DNA of 63,827 bases, the filler included, from Reticulomyxa filosa (Eukaryota; Protista; Foraminifera), in NCBI GenBank assembly GCA_000512085.1. It is 20 parts of 20 records of this genome, joined end to end, with 100 filler letters (N's around TTAATTAATTAA, not from the genome) between each part and the next. Parts side by side here need not be neighbours in the genome. Positions count along the whole stretch, not along the records: positions 48,100 to 53,395 come from ASPP01009411.1; positions 53,496 to 54,767 come from ASPP01001437.1; positions 54,868 to 59,852 come from ASPP01024389.1; positions 59,953 to 61,364 come from ASPP01049658.1; positions 61,465 to 62,608 come from ASPP01029046.1; 15 more parts are not named here. The stretch is one strand, 5' to 3'. This document shows, piece by piece, positions 49,169 to 61,555 of this stretch (positions are counted from its first letter, which is position 1; each line of letters starts with the position of its first letter). The notes under the pieces were generated by a model, which was given only the letters and a program-made list of their open reading frames with translations, did no database searches and had not been told where the DNA came from. The position numbers were made by a program, and so were the translations under genes.

Positions 49169-50003
49169 ATGTCTCAATATGGCAGTTCTCTTTCCATTGG
49201 TAGAGGGGATATCAATGACGATGGAGATTTTACAGCCGATCAAATTGCGGAGTTGCGCGAAGTGTTTAACTACTTTGACAAAGACAAAGACGGACTATTG
49301 ACTCGCAACGAAGTCGGGGATGCAATGAGAGCATTAGGAGAAAACCCCACTGAAGTTTGTAATTTGTACTTTTGTGGAAATAAATAATTTTTTTAAAAAA
49401 AAAAAGACATGGAATGATAGGCAGAACTTACACAGCTGATGAAACAATTGAGCTCGAGCAACAACCCACATTTCCATGACATATCAATGGACTTATCGCC
49501 ATCCTATGGCTTAGCACAAACAAAAGCGAAAAGAAAAGAGTCGTTATCAGGAGCGGAAGAGAAAAAAGACGATGCAAGCAGTGATGTGGAAAGTAATGGA
49601 AAAAGCATTGGCAGTGTCGACTTTAGTCATTTCTTAATAATGATGGCACACAAAATGAGTAACCCAGCGGACCTTGTCTATCTCAAGGAAGCCTTTGAAC
49701 TGTTTTTGAAAGACAAAAGCTTCTCGTCGTCCTCCGAATCCAAAGACATTGTTGACGTTCCCAAATTAATACGTCTCTTGACACAATGCGGCGAGTGTTT
49801 GGAAGAAAAAGACATCCAATGGTTACTTCAAAATGTCGATAAAAATCAGACTGGAGTGGTTGATTACCATGGTTGTTTTTTTTTTATGTGAGTTTATTCT
49901 ATATTTATATATACACATATGTATAACATATATTAATCACAAACAATATACACTCTAACACATACACACAGAGTTTATCAACTTCATGCTTCCGAACATG
50001 TGA
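49169..50003 (+). CDS. Calmodulin-like EF-hand protein with loop insertions, 3 exons
   Basis: TADQIAELREVFNYFDKDKDG..MRALGENPTE/AEL..GSVDFSHFLIMMAHKM..LKEAF..CGECL..VDKNQTGVVDYH/EFINFM is collinear with calmodulin. Confidence 0.88.
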
Positions 50004-50536
50004 TCATATTACACATTATTTAAAACCAAAAACGAGACAAACAATACACTTGATGTGATGGTTGATTCTCACAGCAGAAACAATTCTCAATTTTTTTAAC
50101 TCTTGAAACCTTTTTTCTTTCACATTTCTAATTGTGTAGATAATATCACCGAATGTTCAGGTTGAATCCCAATTGGGTTTTTACTTTTTTTGTTGCTTTA
50201 CGCCTAGATGTTTGGTTTTTTTTGGTGGAAGTATATTTAATTCACATTAACAAACTTCATGAACAAATTCCTTTCTCTTTTTGGGATACATATCCTTCAC
50301 CATGAAACCTTTGAAATTCAACTATAATCAAATTTGTACGAATAAAAGCGTACAGGCTTTCTTTGTCATCTTACAGAGTACTTCAAATACCTTAACAAGA
50401 TGTTTTTTGAAAACAGTCCGCTTGAACGTTCAGCTAAAGCAAGGGAAAAGCCAAAAAAAAGTAAAATTTTTAAGGTAACAAGGGGGCATTGCATTTTCTT
50501 TTTACGACCCAAGAAAAGTTGAATGTTCAAAAAAAA

Positions 50537-52746
50537 ATGTGGTCTCGAGTTTTGAAAACATCATTGAGCGGATTATTGCTGTCGATTCTTTTTTTTGCTT
50601 TCTTTATCGCAGCAAAGTGGGAGACCCTTTTTTCGGAAGGAGGCCAGAAACCTTTAGTGCTGGTTGGGTGAGTGTGTAATACATGTTGAAGGGCAAAGAT
50701 AGTTTGTTTGTTTTTTTGTGATGGACACATTGGATTTTCCATCTCAAAACGATATCAAAGCTGACTCCCTTGTCAAGGGAGTTATATGTATACATATACG
50801 TGCAAACCATCGACAAATATGCATAAAGTCGGAGAGCGAAACAGCCAAGCGTAGTGATCGGATACTGTTGCGACAACGAAACGGAGTGGGTGAAATGCCC
50901 TCCTCAAGAGTTTGTGATAGCGTTGAGTGAAGGTACATTTCCGAAACATAACCTAATTTATCAGCAATGTACGAGACAAGGTTGGCCGCCATTTTGGACA
51001 GTGAACTACACGAACTACTCACTTCCGTCAGATGAGCGCGCATTACAAAAGCGCAAAGCGCAACATGCATCTCCCGAGGAGCAATGGTTAATGCCAGACA
51101 TATATTTTTGCCAGGGTTTTTTCTATCACAAAGAGCTCGTCGATACTCGACGCAATGCGAACATATCTCTGCATATTCCTTTGACACCCGAGTTGCGTCA
51201 ATGGGCCACCGTCCATGGCATTCGACATCAAAAAATTCATCACATTTATCACCACACCAAACAAAGACCTTTTCTGACCACTTACAACTCGGGTATTACA
51301 TATTACATATATATGTAATATTTGTCTTGTTATCATTGTAAATGTACCCCTTTCCAAACATGGTCAGCAATTATTTTTTTTTTTTCATGTACCACCCATC
51401 TTTGTACCTATTTCGATCCTTTTTAAAACTTCCTTTTTCTTTTTTAACAAAATTAAAAAAAAGAGCCTTGGGGAGATGGCGGAAGTTGTGGTGAGCGCTA
51501 TGATATGATAATGGATAGCAGTATCTATCGCGAATGGCAGGAGTGCCCGAGCATGCATGTGCCTCCGTCGTTTTGGTTTGAATACCAACGCGTGCTGAAT
51601 AACACAAACCACTTAATCCATCCGTATTATCCGCCTCCACCGCAAATGAACTCACGGTTTGAGGAGGAGAGAAACCGCTATCTGGACAAAATAGTCGCGC
51701 AAAAACAAGAGTTTGCGCTGTTTATGGTTCGGGACTGCTTTATTCGCTACTATCGTCAGGACACTTTGGTTCGTGTTGTTTTCTTCCTGCTGCTCTCCAA
51801 ACACTACAAACAGGTCACCGCCTTGGGCGGTTGCAAACGCAATGTCGAAAAACACGCACAATTGGGTCTCGATTATTGTCCAAAGAACGCAAAAAACGGT
51901 TGGTTTTTAGGCAAGAAATATAACTGCGTTGGTTTTGGATACACCGGTTAAATTTTATTTATTTATTTATTTATTTTTTTTTTTGAGTGGTGAGATAAAT
52001 AAGAAAACTTTTTTTCCTTTCTTCCTCCTCTCTTTTTCAATTTGATAGATGGAGTGGTACAAATGTTATATCCGTACAAGTTCTACTTGGCAATGGAAAA
52101 TTCTCGAAGACCAGGTCTTTTTTTTTATACGTAGGTTTTAAAAAATTTTCTTTGCTACAAATCTCATCCCTTATTTATTTAAAAAAAAAAAAAAGGTATT
52201 CAACTGAAAAGATTATGAATGCTTTTTATGCTCGTGCTATTCCGTTTTGTTTTTATTACTTTTCTGTGTGTTCTTTTTTCTTGTCGTCCATATTTGTGCT
52301 TCTGTGTACGTACTCTGACTCCATTGTTTCGAGGAAAGGGACAAAGATTGCAAAAAAGATTTGTCAATTGCTAATACAGAATCTATTTTGGTGATGACGA
52401 AGTCACTAGATATATAAATCCCAAAGCATTTATTCACTGCAAGATCACGGATGACCAGCTGAAATCTCTGCTGCGATTAAATACGTCAGTCAAATATGAC
52501 GATTTGGAAAGAAACGCAATGGACATTGTAAAAGACGAATTGCTCAAGTGTGTTGATTTGGTCAAACGAGTTGACACTAATATCACTTTGTATCGCCAAA
52601 TGTTGAGCGAACCTGTCTTTGTCAATAACCATTGGAAAGGTACGTTATTAGACCCTGCTGTCATTGGAAAAAGTATTCGAAACGTCTTGCGTTGGCACAA
52701 ATCACACTTGATTACCGAATCTTATGATGATGATTTTTTAGTGTAA
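50537..52746 (+). CDS. GT10 alpha-1,3/4-fucosyltransferase-like type II membrane protein, multi-exon
   Basis: N-terminal TM helix; YKFYLAMENS..YSTEKIMNAFYARAIP is the GT10 signature; INPKAFIH. Confidence 0.85.
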
Positions 52747-53542
52747 CCATAAATTCCTTTTTTGAGGATGCCATTCAATTTTTTTCTTTGACCATTTCAA
52801 AAGCACTGTCATTGCTTTTTCTTGCAAATGGACGATTTATGAATGTTTACAGAAGATTACTTTTTTGATGAATTATTCAAATGTGTACTCTTTTTCCTCT
52901 CACTCCACTATAGTTTTGATTTATATAAAAAATGCAACGTTCGGTGGAGGTTTTGATTTCTATCTAGCTCAGGCTGCAACAATAATGCTTCGTATTCCAA
53001 TTCATGAAGTTCTCTTTTGAAAAGCTCAAAATAAGATAAATATAAACAATATATTTTTTTTTCTTGAACTAATTAATTAACAATGATTTTGGTCCAAGAA
53101 AATAACATCTCTTAAAACAAATTTCTTCGTTATAGTGGAAAACTTGTAAGTAATATTCCTTTCAAATCAAAGAAATCTTCAGCTGGATCAAACTAAAACC
53201 AGTTCGCTTGCTTAAAACAATTATCAGTGATTTTTTGGAAATCGTTTGAAGCTGTTGAAACATCTGCTTTTGGTATAATTGATTCATGACTGTCGTCATA
53301 AAATGCAAACAGTTGAAATAGACTAAGTTCGTTTGAAATTCGTTCAAGTAAAGTAGAATACAAAGTAAAGTTGACACCTAAAACGGCACCTTATANNNNN
53401 NNNNNNNNNNNNNNNNNNNNNNNNNNNNNNNNNNNNNNNTTAATTAATTAANNNNNNNNNNNNNNNNNNNNNNNNNNNNNNNNNNNNNNNNNNNNGAACT
53501 CTGTTTAACCCTTTTTGAATTGAATTACGTCAAGAAAAGATC

Positions 53543-54767
53543 ATGTTACATTTGAATGTCAAAAGTGAAGAAAAAAAGCTAGAAAATCAAACAGAAATGT
53601 TTTCTCTTTCTGGATGCTTCAAGAAAGAATGGCTTTCGTTGACAAATGACTCACAAAGACTGGACACTTTAATTTGCTGCATTTGCAATCAAATTGCAAA
53701 CGATGCAATGGAATTGCATTGTGATGAACATGAGAATGCAGATCAAGTTTATTTGGTCGGAGAACAATTTTTACAAAAGTATTTGAAACAAAGTAATGGA
53801 AAATATCTAATTCAACAACATGATCATTGCGAATTTTCGCAAAGTAAAACTGTGAGAAAATCCGTGTGTGAGTTATTGGTACTTTGTCCTCGACAATTTA
53901 ATTTGAAAAAGGAACAAATAAAAATTGGAGAAGATGGAGAAAATTGGAGTGAATCAAATCCAAATTCAAAAAATAATTGCAATTTCAAAGGAAAAATAAA
54001 AGATTTGAAAGATCATTTGGATAAATCATGCAATTCGATTTCGAACAAACAAAATATTCCATCAGGAATTGTCAATGAATTGAATGTGGTGAGTGGACAA
54101 ACTAAAGAATTACAAAATGTGGTTAAGGGTTTACAATTGCAACTGCAAGCTGAAAAAGTACAAACATGTTATATTTTCTATGTTTGAAAAAAAGGAAAAG
54201 TTGAAATATTTAAAAGCTGAATCATTGAAGAAAGATGAACAAATATTTGAACTAACAAAAGATGTCCGACAATTGAAAGCAGAGATTTTGATTTAAAACA
54301 ACAACACAATGAACAAATTGACAATTTAAAACATGAATTACAAAAAAAAGATCAAACAATAACAACACTAACAAAGAACATTCAACAATTAAACATAGAT
54401 AATATCGAGTCCAAAAAACAATTGGAGCAATATCAAAACAAAAAAATATCGAAAATAAGGTAGAAAATCAAACTCTAAATATTCAAAAACTTCAACTTCA
54501 AATTGAAGAAAAGAAAAAGAAAAAGATAAAAATTGTGAGAATATGTTGTTATTCATTCAAAGTTCGAATTTGCAAAATGGAGTGGATTTTTTATTGGTAA
54601 CTGAAAATGATCGACAAATAAAATTAAAAAACAATAAATGGAATAACTATAATTTTGGGATATTTTTACTTGGAGAGAATATCACTTTAACTCTTAATTG
54701 TAATAGAGAGAAAAAAAACAAAGAATTTGGACATCTAAAAATCAAAACAAGTCATTTGTGGATTAAA
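53543..54767 (+). pseudogene. Degenerate RING/TRAF zinc-finger coiled-coil family member
   Basis: LICCICNQIA..C..H, VLCPRQF and CNFKGKIKDLKDHLDKSC, then a coiled coil with frameshifts; several RING cysteines are lost. Confidence 0.65.
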
Positions 54768-54867
54768 NNNNNNNNNNNNNNNNNNNNNNNNNNNNNNNNN
54801 NNNNNNNNNNNTTAATTAATTAANNNNNNNNNNNNNNNNNNNNNNNNNNNNNNNNNNNNNNNNNNNN

Positions 54868-55065
54868 GATAATACAATTCGATTTTGGGATATCCGATCA
54901 AATAAGAATGAATTGTATATGATCAAAGGAGATGATAATGAAGATTATGGAATATATTGTCTTACATTTATTGGATTGAAAAAGAAAAAGGAGACAAATA
55001 ATGTCAAATATGATTTGAATTTGTGTTATGGTTCATGGAAAGGTCCCATTCGTATTTGGGGATAA
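54868..55065 (+). CDS. WD40-family gene, 3' end
   Basis: DNTIRFWDIRSNKNELYMIKG..NLCYGSWKGPIRIWG*, paralogous to the C-terminus of 4021-5265. Confidence 0.85.
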   Translation, partial: DNTIRFWDIRSNKNELYMIKGDDNEDYGIYCLTFIGLKKKKETNNVKYDLNLCYGSWKGPIRIWG

Positions 55066-57339
55066 TTTCCTTTTTTGTTGAACAAAAAATGAAAATGTTT
55101 TTGTTTGAAAAGTTTAATTAAAAGAAAAGTATAAACTTGTTTGATTTAATTGATGCAAGCATTGAAAGATGTGTTCTATCTTATTTTGTTTAAAAAAATG
55201 AAAAAGTTTCTTCGTGTTTTTTAAAGAATTCAAAAGCATAATAAATGAATAAATTGCAAGATATTTCAAGATGTAATTTGAAATGAATCATATTGTCCTT
55301 TATAAAAGTTTACCCAAACTAACAGTGAATCATTGCAGATTGAACATCGATAATATAAGAATATTATTAAAAGATAGCGATTTTATGACTTTGATAAAAT
55401 GATTTCTAAATATGTTAAGTTCTTTGACAATATAATATTTAACTTAGTCTAAAGCATTTAAAGAAACGAAAGTCCGTAATTATATAATAAAAGAATGTAT
55501 GTTGATCATAACAACAGAGTTGATAATTTTTCATTTGATATTTGAAATAATTATTCAAAATAGAGTTCGAAGATTGATGATAAAATAAAGCAAAACAATT
55601 CAATTTTGACATAATAAAGTACAATACATTCAATTCTTTTATTTTTAAATAAATATATTGATACATCTTAGGAATAAGCACATTAACAAAAATATTTTTC
55701 AATAAATTTTTACCTATTGAAATGTCTCATAGTTGTCAAAATTATGCATTGAATGATTGGAAAGTATTTTTTTATTTTTATAAACACAAATTATGAGCTT
55801 AGCTTTGTTGTACACCAAATAAAGAACAAATCAGTAATTTGTTTTTAAGAATATATTGAAAATTGTGCAACTATGAAGAAATATTAGTAAATGTCTCACT
55901 CTTCTATACTCAGCTCTTTTCTGTCACTTGCTTTGTTTCCGCAATGACATAATAAGCAAAGTATGACTTGCGTACAACATTAAATGCACTTTCAAATATC
56001 TTAAATGTACACTCCATTGAGAATAATTTTAATCAATTTTTCTTTTCGAAAACACGAAAAACTGGATATTATGTCTTTGCTGAATAAGAAGCCAATCTGA
56101 AACCTCGTTCCTTGTGTCCTCATTAGACAACTTCTTCATATCAAATTAAATTTGATGAATAGTGTCAAAACAAAAAAAATTAAATGTCCTAATTCAATCA
56201 ATTGAATTATCGAAATTATGCAAATGAAATATATTCTTCCAGATATCGTATTTTACAAAGTGTAAATCATTTCAAGATCCTTAATAACAGATTTTATTGT
56301 CATTTTTAAAAAAAGTTAATTCAAAAAGAAAGGTACAACATCCATGTTTTCGATACTTCCATTATTTCAAAAAGAACACACCCGTCACAAACAATGTTTG
56401 ACAAATGGTATTACTTTTTACTGAAAATTCTCAATACAATAGTTCAACCTTTCATGCATTTCAATTTTCATTACTCAAATTATGTGCAATTTTTTTATTT
56501 CATTAATCAAATCAAAAATGTCAATGTAAAATATTTTTGTTTTCTCAAAAAGGGTCAGGTCACAGCCCCTTTTTCTAAAAAAAACTTCTTTGAGAATTAA
56601 TAGGAACGCTTTTACTGCGAAATTCACTATCAGTAAACCCATTTTCTCTTTTGCTAATGAAGCCAGGATGTTCACCGAAATTTTCCAGAAACGAAGGAAA
56701 TAAATCAATTTCCGACAGGCTTTTTCCCATGCAGGTACGTGAAATGCAGAAAATACTTTCTCTTTCAAGATAAGCATTTGTGCAGCGGTAGGTTTTGGTA
56801 TTAATATTTTTATTTTTGGAATGATAAATTGTATTAGTTTTAAATCCTAGCTTTTTTGTTTAATAAAGTCAAATATTGCGCTAAAATTTCTTTGATATTG
56901 TTTATGCCCAACATCTTCACGAGAAATTTTTGCGAAATTAATTTTTCCAAATTCTTTCGAAATGGCGATGTTAATGGGTATGCCTTTATATGATATAACA
57001 CGTTCGATTTCATTTAATTCTTTTTGAAATGTACAATAGTTTTTTGTTTCTTCTTGAATCTTTTTTTCCATATCTTCTTTTTGCTTAAAACATATCTTTG
57101 GAGAAATATTTTTTCTCTCTTGATTTTTTCAAGAATATCGAGCATACTTAAATAAAGAGTTATATATTGCACAATCATGTATAAACATATTTGCACAGAA
57201 TATGCTTTTACTTGAACGTTTTCAATAACTTTATCTAAATTTTTTAATGATTCCAAATTTTCTTGCTCAGTCTTTATTACAACATTCAAATTTTCACGAT
57301 ATGCATTGTCTTTTTCATCATTTTTCTTCTGCGAGTTGA

Positions 57340-58448
57340 TTAAAGATACTTGATGCTGGTTGGATAGGTGAACTCGTAAAAATATTCCAGAGCATGTAAT
57401 ATGGTGGAATGTCGTATTTCATTGTAGAAATCTTTGATATCAACAACGATAAAATAATGATTTTTTTCCAAGCTCTTTAGATAATTTACAACATCCAATG
57501 AGTTTTTAATACATGTATTGTATTGCTTAGGAATTTCTTTGAGAATTTCTTGTAATATAAGGTTATTAAAGGACGCGAATGGATATTTAACGGTATTATA
57601 TGAAGAAATAATAGGACGAAATGACGTGGGCACTTTTTCTATACTTTTTAGGATAGGAGATACTTTTGCAAGCTTGAGATTGTAATGATTTTCAGGAAAT
57701 TGAGAGGCGTTTTCTTTTGGAAGTTTCTGTTTTAGATAGAATCGAATCGCTTTTTGTTCTGCAATAATTTCAGCATTAGTTTTAGTTGTTTCCTTGAGCA
57801 TGGGTAGAGACACCATTTTTGCCCAAAGTTTTTCATATAATGCATACGAAATAAATGCAAGACCTTCATTATGATCGGTTATAAATATTAAGAACTTATT
57901 TGTTTTACACCACATTTCAATTTTCTTTTTTGAAGTCAGGCTATTTATGTATCGAGGTTTTTGCCCAAGAATGTCGATGTTGGTAATACTTTCAATATCC
58001 TTTTTTATCGTTTGTTTTTCCTTATAACTTATTAGTTTTAGAAACTCACTATGTATTTCTTTCATGGATGCATCTTTTTCTTTCTTCTTTTTGATTAAGT
58101 AGGAAATTTTATTATTAAATTGTTGAATAGCATTTTCGACAATATTAATATTACGTTTACTAAGCCTTTTTTTCTAAAGGCAAACTGGAATCCGTAATAA
58201 AGAAATTGTGGAATTTCTGCAGGAATATTGTAATTGATACTTTTTCCGGAATCATCGATGAGAACGTGAATATGTAATTTTAGGGCAAATAACACAATTT
58301 GTTTTAAAAATTCTTTTGGTTCTTCTTTTCGTTTTTTAAGAAACTGTTGATAGTATTCACAATTCTGCAGATATAACTTATTTTGTATGTTTATTCTTCT
58401 TGCATTAAAGAAATTACTATTATTTTTATATTTATTTATATAAGGCAA
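57340..58448 (-). pseudogene. Penelope-like reverse transcriptase, N-terminal half
   Basis: FLYYGFQFAF (LxxGLxF-like), FITDHNEGLAF (TDKNLG/ADKG-like), KVPTSFRPIISS, CIKNSLDVV and VVDIKDFYNEI; ends before any YxDD motif. Confidence 0.8.
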
Positions 58449-58479
58449 TTTTGAGATTAATATTCGCTTGATTCTTCCT

Positions 58480-59852
58480 TCATATGTGTACTGCCAAAGG
58501 GTTCGGAAGGATTACCATGTTTGCTTTTTCTCCATCCTTTCTTGTATGGCCGTGAGGATGATGCCTTTTTTTCCGATACATTGCTTGTTTCGTCGGAGGA
58601 CTGGACGTCATCCCAGTATACACATATCCTTCTATACCAAACCGTTTCATGTATCTTCTGACAAACGAGATGGAGGTGTTCACGGGAACAAATTCCTCGT
58701 TTGGTGGATCTGATGGATGCGAGTACATACATGAGAATTGATGCCAATATGGACATTGGTCGCCATGTCGACATTTTGCTTTGTTTTTGGGAATCATAAT
58801 AGTGGAAGACGCTTTCTTCGAAGAAGTTGATTCTTTTTTGTCTTTTTTTCCAGGTTTTACTTTTTCTCGGGAAGTATAATCCGAAGGGTTTCCCGAATCA
58901 ACTTTTTTTATTGCAAGTTTTTGTGATTTTATAGATTCAATTGCGGAATCTTGTTGTCTTTGTTTTGCTTCAATTTTTTTCAATTGCTGCAAAATAATGT
59001 CCAATTTACTATTTGTTTCATGTTCAACTTCTCTTTCTGGTCTTTCACGTCGAGGAGCATGTTCCGAATCACTTTCTTCATTCTCTGAGGAATCGTCTTC
59101 AGATTCTTTTTGTTCCATTTCTTTTTTTAATCGATCAGCAAGATAAGCGCCATAATGTGATATACTCACAAATTTTCCATGACGTTTTTTTGATAGCTCG
59201 TTTACTTGCTGGTTTGTAAGATTTTGTTTTACATAGTTTTCGTCAAGTTCAAAAAAACTTTTCAAGAACCATATAACAAGACCAGTTCTATGGATGCCGG
59301 CAGTACAGTAACATAAATATTTTTTCCATTTTTACACAATTTTTGAATTACATCAAGCAACTTTTTTGCATGAGCAACTTTCCAGGATGTCCAAGAGGAT
59401 GCAACAATGTTGAAATGTTTTACACATTGCTTTTTGCAATTTGCTCAGATTGTACACAACTTTCCGAAGCAAGATTAATTATTGCATCAAAAGGACAACT
59501 TTCACTTCTTTTAAAATCTCTTTTTGGTAATGCGCCAAAGAATATTTTTCCAAAGCCTTCTTGGATTTCAATATTTGCGTTTTCTTTGGTTTTATTATTA
59601 CTAGGACAGAGATTTTGATGATGATTTTTTCCGCATATTTTACATGTTATGGTAGGACAATCAATGAGAAAATGCATTTGGCAACAGTTTCTGCACATTG
59701 ATTTTGAGATTGCTTTTGGGATTCTTGCATGGCAATTTTCAATTATGTGATTGACTTCTTCACAACGAATGCATTTGGCAAATAATCCCATTTGAATTGC
59801 ATCTTTCCGCAATTAGTTTTTTATAGTATAACAGACGATTATTCAAACGCTC
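58480..59852 (-). pseudogene. Element ORF1: 3 CCHC zinc knuckles, PTP/DSP phosphatase, coiled coil, CCCH finger (frameshifted)
   Basis: CIRCEEVNHIIENC, CRNCCQMHFLIDC, CKICGKNHHQNLC; KIFFGALP..DAIINL; KNGKNIYV[H]CTAGIHRTG (CTAGIHRTG at 59281-59307); CRHGDQCPYWHQFSCMYSH. Confidence 0.75.
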
Positions 59853-60139
59853 NNNNNNNNNNNNNNNNNNNNNNNNNNNNNNNNNNNNNNNNNNNNTTAA
59901 TTAATTAANNNNNNNNNNNNNNNNNNNNNNNNNNNNNNNNNNNNNNNNNNNNATCCTCATACATTTACAAATAAAGTCAAGAAGACACCAAAGCCCGTCA
60001 AACGTAGTATAAAAAAGAAATATCTACACATACTACTTTGCCATTAGTTTGTTTACAATTATGGTTATCAAGATTGCATTTTACAAAAATGTGATTGGTA
60101 ATGTTATAAAAAGACAACCAAGACAAAGTTAAGCCAAGT

Positions 60140-60900
60140 TAAAAATGGTATATGATATGTTTATTCGCCATCGTAAATGCATGTCCTAATCCATCCAAAC
60201 AGTAACGTGATAAAAAAATCATTGATTCCGAACATGAGGACGTAGAACAATTGGCTGACTTGAGTGAGCAAGACCCCAAGCAAGCCAATACATCAAATGC
60301 AAATTCCACCAGTGAGGTATATTTTTCAGAACAAACATTAAAAAAATGATAGCAATGTCCACCAAAAGTTTGCTGGCATTTCCAATCAAAACAATAATGC
60401 ATGCACTGTGAAAGTGTTTGACAAAATGAGGCGCAGGTTTGTATTGAATGGATGCTTTGGCCTCATAAAAATTGAAAACGCGCCGCTTGATCTGTACATC
60501 CTCAGAGGCATGGATTTTTGGTAGCGATGTAGTGTTTGTGTCATTGATATTCAAGTGTTGAGTTTTGTCCTTCCTGATTGAGCTCAGTACAACAGCTGTA
60601 GTAGCTTTCGAGATGTAGAGTTTTTACCACTTGGACCATCTTTTTTAAAAAAAATTATACCACACTCTTGTTAGTTTGTCAAAACTGTGGTATCCTCCAA
60701 TTGGAAAGGAACCACAAACAACCATGCTACCAGTCCATAGATTATGGCCAGTATCTCACTCAATGAATAGGATCTATTTTCCTCACTGTTTATATTCAAG
60801 TTTTGAGCGTTACTAACCACCAAACTCAGTGCAACAAAGACTGTGGGCAAAATTATGCGTATTTTAACAAAAATGCCCAAAGTGATCCAAAGGTGCTCCT
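60140..60900 (-). pseudogene. Possible decayed multi-pass membrane protein
   Basis: Hydrophobic helices interrupted by many stops; no family recognised. Confidence 0.25.
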
Positions 60901-61465
60901 TTCTGTTTCTTAATAGAAAATTTTCTTAAAAACAACCCAGCGTGTAAGTGGTTGATCAACTTACGAACCTTTGACGAAAAGGGGTATAGACGTTAGAAAG
61001 TTCAATTGTTGTAAGGTTTTTCGATTGACAAATCTTTGGATTGTTTGGCGACAAATTTTTATTATAAAGATGATAAACTATATTCATACAACTTTCCTAC
61101 AATTAAATTCGGTCGCATAATTTACTGTTGTTTTTTTTTCCTTTATAACACAAAGCTTTTTTTTATTTCAAATCAACACCACTTAAAAGACTATCATGCG
61201 AAGTTTATTGTTGATTGGAAATATTGTTTGTGTTCGTGACTGTTTCTCCATGCAGTGTAATCACCAGCCCAAGCCCGCAGACGATCCGTCAAGTTCTGAC
61301 ACCAGTTGAGTACTGTCATTGATAACAATCATGCGCTCCGGTGGACAAGATTCGAGAATATCAANNNNNNNNNNNNNNNNNNNNNNNNNNNNNNNNNNNN
61401 NNNNNNNNTTAATTAATTAANNNNNNNNNNNNNNNNNNNNNNNNNNNNNNNNNNNNNNNNNNNNG

Positions 61466-61555
61466 GAAGACGGCCGCACCTTGAGCGACTACAACATTCA
61501 AAAGGAAAGCACTCTGCATTTTGTCTTGCGTTTGAGAGGTGGATGTTTTTTTTAA
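61466..61555 (+). CDS. Ubiquitin C-terminal fragment (probably the last unit of a polyubiquitin)
   Basis: EDGRTLSDYNIQKESTLHFVLRLRGG-CFF*. Confidence 0.92.
   Translation, partial: EDGRTLSDYNIQKESTLHFVLRLRGGCFF

Larger units (their letters stand above)
57340..59852 (-). mobile_element. Decayed Penelope-like retroelement (multi-domain ORF1 plus partial PLE reverse transcriptase)
   Basis: Intronless run of same-strand ORFs carrying CCHC knuckles, a CX5R motif, a CCCH finger and PLE RT motifs. Confidence 0.8.

Noticed and set aside
56085-56115. Hammerhead ribozyme downstream of the PLE
   Set aside because: CTGAATAA..GAAAC lacks the CUGANGA core and a convincing stem II, and it is on the opposite strand to the element.
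60500-60540. SLPKIH as a second PLE RT motif
   Set aside because: It is not followed by RPII or other RT motifs; a chance match in an alternative frame.
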